From an uncultured Thermoleophilia bacterium (lineage in GTDB: Bacteria; Actinomycetota; Thermoleophilia; UBA2241), in assembly GCA_963715985.1 (NCBI GenBank), contig CAVQSP010000011.1, forward strand, positions 160,001 to 224,000: DNA of 64,000 bases. Reading direction: 5' to 3'. The notes below the pieces were generated by a model that saw only the letters and a list, made by a program, of their open reading frames with translations, did no database searches and had not been told where the DNA came from. Within the stretch, counting starts at the first letter, position 1; each line of letters begins with the position of its first letter. This document shows positions 59,892 through 64,000 of the stretch, in pieces. The translations under genes were made by a program, and so were the position numbers.

Positions 59892-60957
59892 ATGGCCGTC
59901 ATCACTGGCAAGCACCTCAAGGAGTTCATCGAGCCGTTTCGCGTGCCGCCGGGCAAGAAGGTCGTCCTGGCCAAGGACTTCGATCCCTCGTACAAGGCGG
60001 ACTTCCTGACCAGGGAGGAAGGTGAGGAACTCCTCCAGAAAGGCATCGAGTTCCTCGCCGAGTACCAGGCGCGGCTGGCGGCGCAGGACACCTACGCCGT
60101 GCTCGTCTGCCTGCAGGCCCTGGACGCCGCCGGCAAGGACGGCACCATCCGCCACGTCATGAGCGGCGTCAACCCCCAGGGCGTGGAGGTGCACGGCTTC
60201 AAGGTGCCGTCGGCCGAGGAGCTCGACCACGACTACCTGTGGCGCTACCAGCAGAAGCTGCCCGCGCGCGGCAACATCGGCATCTTCAACCGTTCGCACT
60301 ACGAGGAGGTCCTCGTGGTGCGCGTGCACGAGGCGATCCTCGCCAACGAGAAGCTGCCCAAGGCCGCGCGGCGCCCGGGCATCTGGAGCCGTCGCTACCG
60401 CGCGATCAACGACTGGGAGCGCCACCTCGTCAACAACGGCTACAAGGTGGTCAAGCTCTTCCTCAACCTCAGCAACGAGGAGCAGCGCCGGCGCTTCCTG
60501 GCGCGCATCGACGAGCGCGACAAGAACTGGAAGTTCTCGGCCGGCGACGCCCGCGAGCGGCAGTACTGGGACGACTACCAGAAGGCGTTCTCCGAGATGC
60601 TCTCCAACACGAGCACCGAGTGGGCGCCGTGGTACGTGATCCCCGCCGACCACAAGTGGTTCGCGCGCATCGCCGCAGCCGCCGTCATCGTCGACACGCT
60701 GATGACTATCGACCCCAGGTTCCCGGTGCTCTCCAAAGAGGCGTTTGACCAGCTTGAGGAAGTCAAGAAGGAGCTCGAGGCCGAGGCCCCGCCCGGCGTC
60801 GCACCCGATCCCGTGGAAGAGAAGCTCGAGAAGAAGGCCAGGCAGGAGAAGGGGCCCCGACGACCCCGACGACCCCGACGACCCCGAGGGTGACCCGCCC
60901 GGCAAGAAGCACGGCAAGAAGAAGGGCAAGTCGTCCAAGAAGGGGAAGAAGCGGTGA
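59892..60957 (+). CDS. ppk2: polyphosphate kinase 2 family protein (class III-like); C-terminal tail frameshifted ~60855
   Basis: QALDAAGKDG, GVNPQG, FNRSHYEEVL, WKFS..D..ER, PWYVIPADHKW. Confidence 0.92.
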
Positions 60958-63900
60958 GCGGCGCCGCCCCGCAGGGCGGCGCCGCGACTGAGAAGCCGGC
61001 CACCGGAGGGACGCCGGCGGCCGGCGCTGCGGACGCGCAGGCCGCCGGCGCGTCCGGACCGGCCTGGTACTCGCTCTCCGCCGACGAGGTGGCGCGGCGA
61101 CTCGGCGTTGACGCGGCCAAGGGCCTCAGCGCGGCCGACGCCGACGCCCGCCTGACCAAGAACGGCCCCAACGCGCTGCCCACCGAGAAGCCCACGCCGG
61201 AGTGGCGGCGCTTCCTCGACGAGTACCGCACGTTCATGCAGATCATCCTCGTGGGCGCAGGCGTCGTCTCGCTGGTCATCGCGGAGTGGAGCACGGCGAT
61301 CCTGCTCTTCGTGCTCACCGTGCTCAACGCCATCGTCGGCATGCGCGAGGAGGGCAAGGCCGAGAGCGCCATGAACGCGCTCAAGTCGATGATGAAGGCC
61401 ACGGCGCGCGTGCGCCGGGACGGCGCCGAGGCTCAGCTGCCCGCCGAGCAGCTGGTGGTCGGCGACGTCGTGCTGCTCGCCGCCGGCGACCAGGTGCCGG
61501 CCGACGGCCGCATCGTCGCCGCCAGCGCCCTGCAGATCGACGAGTCGGCGCTCACCGGGGAGAGCACGCCGCGCGCCAAGAACCCGGACACGCCCCCCGG
61601 GCAGGACCTCACCGCCGGCGACCAGGTCGACATGGCGTTCATGAACTGCCCGGTCACCCACGGCAGCGGGGTGATGATCGTCACCGCCACGGGCAAGGAC
61701 ACCCAGGTCGGCACGATCTCCGGGCTCCTCACGGCGACGAAGAAGGAGACCACCCCGCTCATGCGCCAGCTCACGCGCATGACGCAGTGGATCGCCGTCG
61801 CGGCCCTCGTGACGATGGTCGTGATGTTCGCCCTCGGGCTCGCGCGCGGTCAGGAGCCGCGCAGCCTCTTCGTCACCGCCGTCGCCCTGGCCATCGCCGC
61901 CATCCCGGAGGCCCTCCCCACCGTGGTCCAGGTCATCCTCTCGCTGGGCGCCGTCGGGCTGGCCAAGCGCAACGCCATCGTCAAGGACCTCGCCTCGGTC
62001 GAGACGCTGGGCTCCACCTCGGCCATCAACTCGGACAAGACCGGCACCCTCACGATGAACCAGATGACGGTCGTGGAGGTCCTGGACGCCGGCGACCGCT
62101 ACACCGTCACGGGCACCGGCTACTCGCTGGACGGCCAGATCCAGCACGTGGCCGGCAAGTCCCCGAGCATGGACGACGCCATCCTGCCGTTCATCGTGGC
62201 CAGCGACGCCAAACTGCAGGACGGCAAGGTCGTCGGCGACCCCACGGAAGGGGCGCTGCTGGTGCTGGCGGCCAAGGCCAAGATCGACGCGGAGGTCACG
62301 CGCGGTCAGTTCCCGCGCCTGGCCACGCTGCCCTTCGACCCCACGGCCAAGCTCATGGCGGTCTTCGCCGAGGACACCGACACCACCGGCAAGAAGTGGG
62401 TGCGCTGCTTCGTCAAGGGCGCCGCACCGGCGATCATGGACCGCACCAGCGTCGCCCTCGTCGGCGACCAGCACGTGCCGTTCGACGACGAGCGGCGCGC
62501 CAAGGTCCAGGCCCACATAGAGCGCATGGAGGGCGCGGGCCTCAGGGTCATGGCCGCCGCGCGCTGCTTCATCGATCCGGACGCCTTCGATGCCAAGGGC
62601 GACCTGCTCGGCTACGTCAAGGACCTCGAGATCAAGAGCCTCGTGGGCATGATCGACCCGCCGCGCGAATCCTCGCACGCGGCGGTCGTGGCCGCCCAGG
62701 AGGCCCACATCCGCGTGCGCATGATCACCGGCGACGACGTCATCACAGGCGCGGCCATCGCCGCGCAGCTGGGCATCCCCGGGGAGGCCATCCTGGGCGC
62801 CGACTTCGCCGCCCTCAGCGAGGAAGAGCGCCTCACGCGCATCGACGACATCGGCGTGGTCGGCCGCGTCGCCCCCGAGCACAAGGCGCTGATCGCCAAC
62901 ACGCTCAAACAGAAGGGCGACGTGGTCGCCATGACGGGGGACGGCGTCAACGACGCCCCGGCCATCAAGGCGGCCGACATCGGCATCGCCATGGGCACCG
63001 GTACCGAGGTGGCCAAGAACGCCGGCCGGATGATCCTCTCGGACGACAACTTCGCCACCATCGTCTTCGCCGTGGAGCAGGGCCGCAAGCTCTACGACAA
63101 CCTCATGAAGTACGTGCGCTTCATCCTCATCACGCTGGTCGCGTTCGTCGTCTCGTTCCTGCTCGCCAGCGTGTTCAACATCCTCGCCGGACAGCCGTTC
63201 ACGCCGGTGCAGATCCTCTGGATCAACTTCCTCATCGACATGCCTCTGGGCATCGCTCTGGGGTTCGACGCCGAGACGCCCGGCCTCATGAAGCGCCCGC
63301 CGCGGCCGCGCGACAAGGGCATCCTCAACGGGTCGGTGCTGCTCATGTCCGGGCTCACCGGGACCTTCATGGCGCTGAGCATCCTGGCCGGCATCTACTA
63401 CGGCATCCACCAGGCCGGCAGCGCCGCCGTCGGTGTCACGATGGCGCTCACGGCGTTCGCCTGGTCGCGCGTCGTGTGCACCTACGAGAGCCGCAGCATG
63501 ACGGCCTCAGCCATCAAGCTGGCCTCGTTCGACTGCAAGGAGATCAACCGCATCGCGCTCGCCGAGCTGGTGCTCGCCTTCCTCGTCGTGCGGTGGGACG
63601 TCCTCAACCAGCTTCTCGGCACCACGAACACCACGCTGGATCAATCCCTGCTCGCCTTCGTGCCGGCCATCCTCCTCCTGATCCTCTGGGAGATCGGCAA
63701 GGCCGTCGCGCGGGCCACGCAGCACGGCAAGGGCGACGCCGAGGCGGAGCCGGCCGGAGCGCCTGGTGCGACGCCCGCGGCGCCTGCGCCGGCCGACGAC
63801 GAGGGTAAGGCGCCTGTGGCGGGCGAAGCCGAGATCCGGCGCCGCGGCGCGGCGCCGGCACAGGGTGCGACGCCGGCGCCGGCTCGGAGGCGGGCGGGGC

Positions 63901-64000
63901 GCCCGCCCCGGCTGGAGACGCAGGTGAGGCGCCTGCACCGGCAAGCGCCAGGCGCCGCGGAGGCTGCCACGAGACGGCGACGGGGCGGCGGGCGCTGTGC
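60954..64000 (+). CDS. cation-transporting P-type ATPase (Ca2+/P2A-like), open to the window end
   Basis: GTG overlaps the ppk2 stop; LTGES, IPEALP, DKTGTLT, KGA, MITGD, GDGVND; no stop in this frame, so it is missing from the ORF track. Confidence 0.92.
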   Translation, partial: MSGAAPQGGAATEKPATGGTPAAGAADAQAAGASGPAWYSLSADEVARRLGVDAAKGLSAADADARLTKNGPNALPTEKPTPEWRRFLDEYRTFMQIILVGAGVVSLVIAEWSTAILLFVLTVLNAIVGMREEGKAESAMNALKSMMKATARVRRDGAEAQLPAEQLVVGDVVLLAAGDQVPADGRIVAASALQIDESALTGESTPRAKNPDTPPGQDLTAGDQVDMAFMNCPVTHGSGVMIVTATGKDTQVGTISGLLTATKKETTPLMRQLTRMTQWIAVAALVTMVVMFALGLARGQEPRSLFVTAVALAIAAIPEALPTVVQVILSLGAVGLAKRNAIVKDLASVETLGSTSAINSDKTGTLTMNQMTVVEVLDAGDRYTVTGTGYSLDGQIQHVAGKSPSMDDAILPFIVASDAKLQDGKVVGDPTEGALLVLAAKAKIDAEVTRGQFPRLATLPFDPTAKLMAVFAEDTDTTGKKWVRCFVKGAAPAIMDRTSVALVGDQHVPFDDERRAKVQAHIERMEGAGLRVMAAARCFIDPDAFDAKGDLLGYVKDLEIKSLVGMIDPPRESSHAAVVAAQEAHIRVRMITGDDVITGAAIAAQLGIPGEAILGADFAALSEEERLTRIDDIGVVGRVAPEHKALIANTLKQKGDVVAMTGDGVNDAPAIKAADIGIAMGTGTEVAKNAGRMILSDDNFATIVFAVEQGRKLYDNLMKYVRFILITLVAFVVSFLLASVFNILAGQPFTPVQILWINFLIDMPLGIALGFDAETPGLMKRPPRPRDKGILNGSVLLMSGLTGTFMALSILAGIYYGIHQAGSAAVGVTMALTAFAWSRVVCTYESRSMTASAIKLASFDCKEINRIALAELVLAFLVVRWDVLNQLLGTTNTTLDQSLLAFVPAILLLILWEIGKAVARATQHGKGDAEAEPAGAPGATPAAPAPADDEGKAPVAGEAEIRRRGAAPAQGATPAPARRRAGRPPRLETQVRRLHRQAPGAAEAATRRRRGGGRC

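Noticed and set aside
59799-63410. 1203-aa minus-strand ORF
   Set aside because: Antisense shadow of ppk2 and the P-type ATPase, typical of high-GC DNA; it has no motifs of its own.
61202-63808. 868-aa Arg-rich plus-strand ORF
   Set aside because: Wrong frame; the ATPase motifs are in the frame starting at 60954.

Overview
High-GC bacterial window, probably an anaerobic member of Actinomycetota (Thermoleophilia-like); the taxonomy is inferred from composition and gene style only. Left to right it holds: (1) a degenerate tRNA-Arg 3' fragment that looks like the end of an integrated element; (2) an extended arsenic/thiol-redox cluster (arsR, arsM, acr3, arsP-like permease, thioredoxins, metallophosphoesterase, Fe-S proteins, an FmdE::TauE chimera, a radical SAM/SPASM enzyme); (3) housekeeping genes (ADP-forming acyl-CoA ligase, tadA, M20 peptidase) and two tRNA-Ser genes; (4) a ~14.9 kb genomic island in tRNA-Ser(CGA), bounded by a 60-bp direct repeat. 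The island carries a non-pyrrolysine MtmB-family methyltransferase, a corrinoid protein, transporters and a two-component system, has no recognisable integrase, and its excisionase is split by an IS1634-family element; (5) a four-gene secreted WxL/pilin-like surface cluster; (6) a large divergent catabolic locus that joins sugar-type enzymes and an Opp transporter to corrinoid methyl transfer. It has two MttB-family genes, one with an in-frame TAG at the canonical pyrrolysine position; (7) an hsdM remnant, two toxin-antitoxin modules, an aminotransferase, ppk2 and a P-type ATPase running off the window edge. Many single-base frameshifts in otherwise intact genes point to long-read assembly indels, so frameshifted genes are not automatically pseudogenes.
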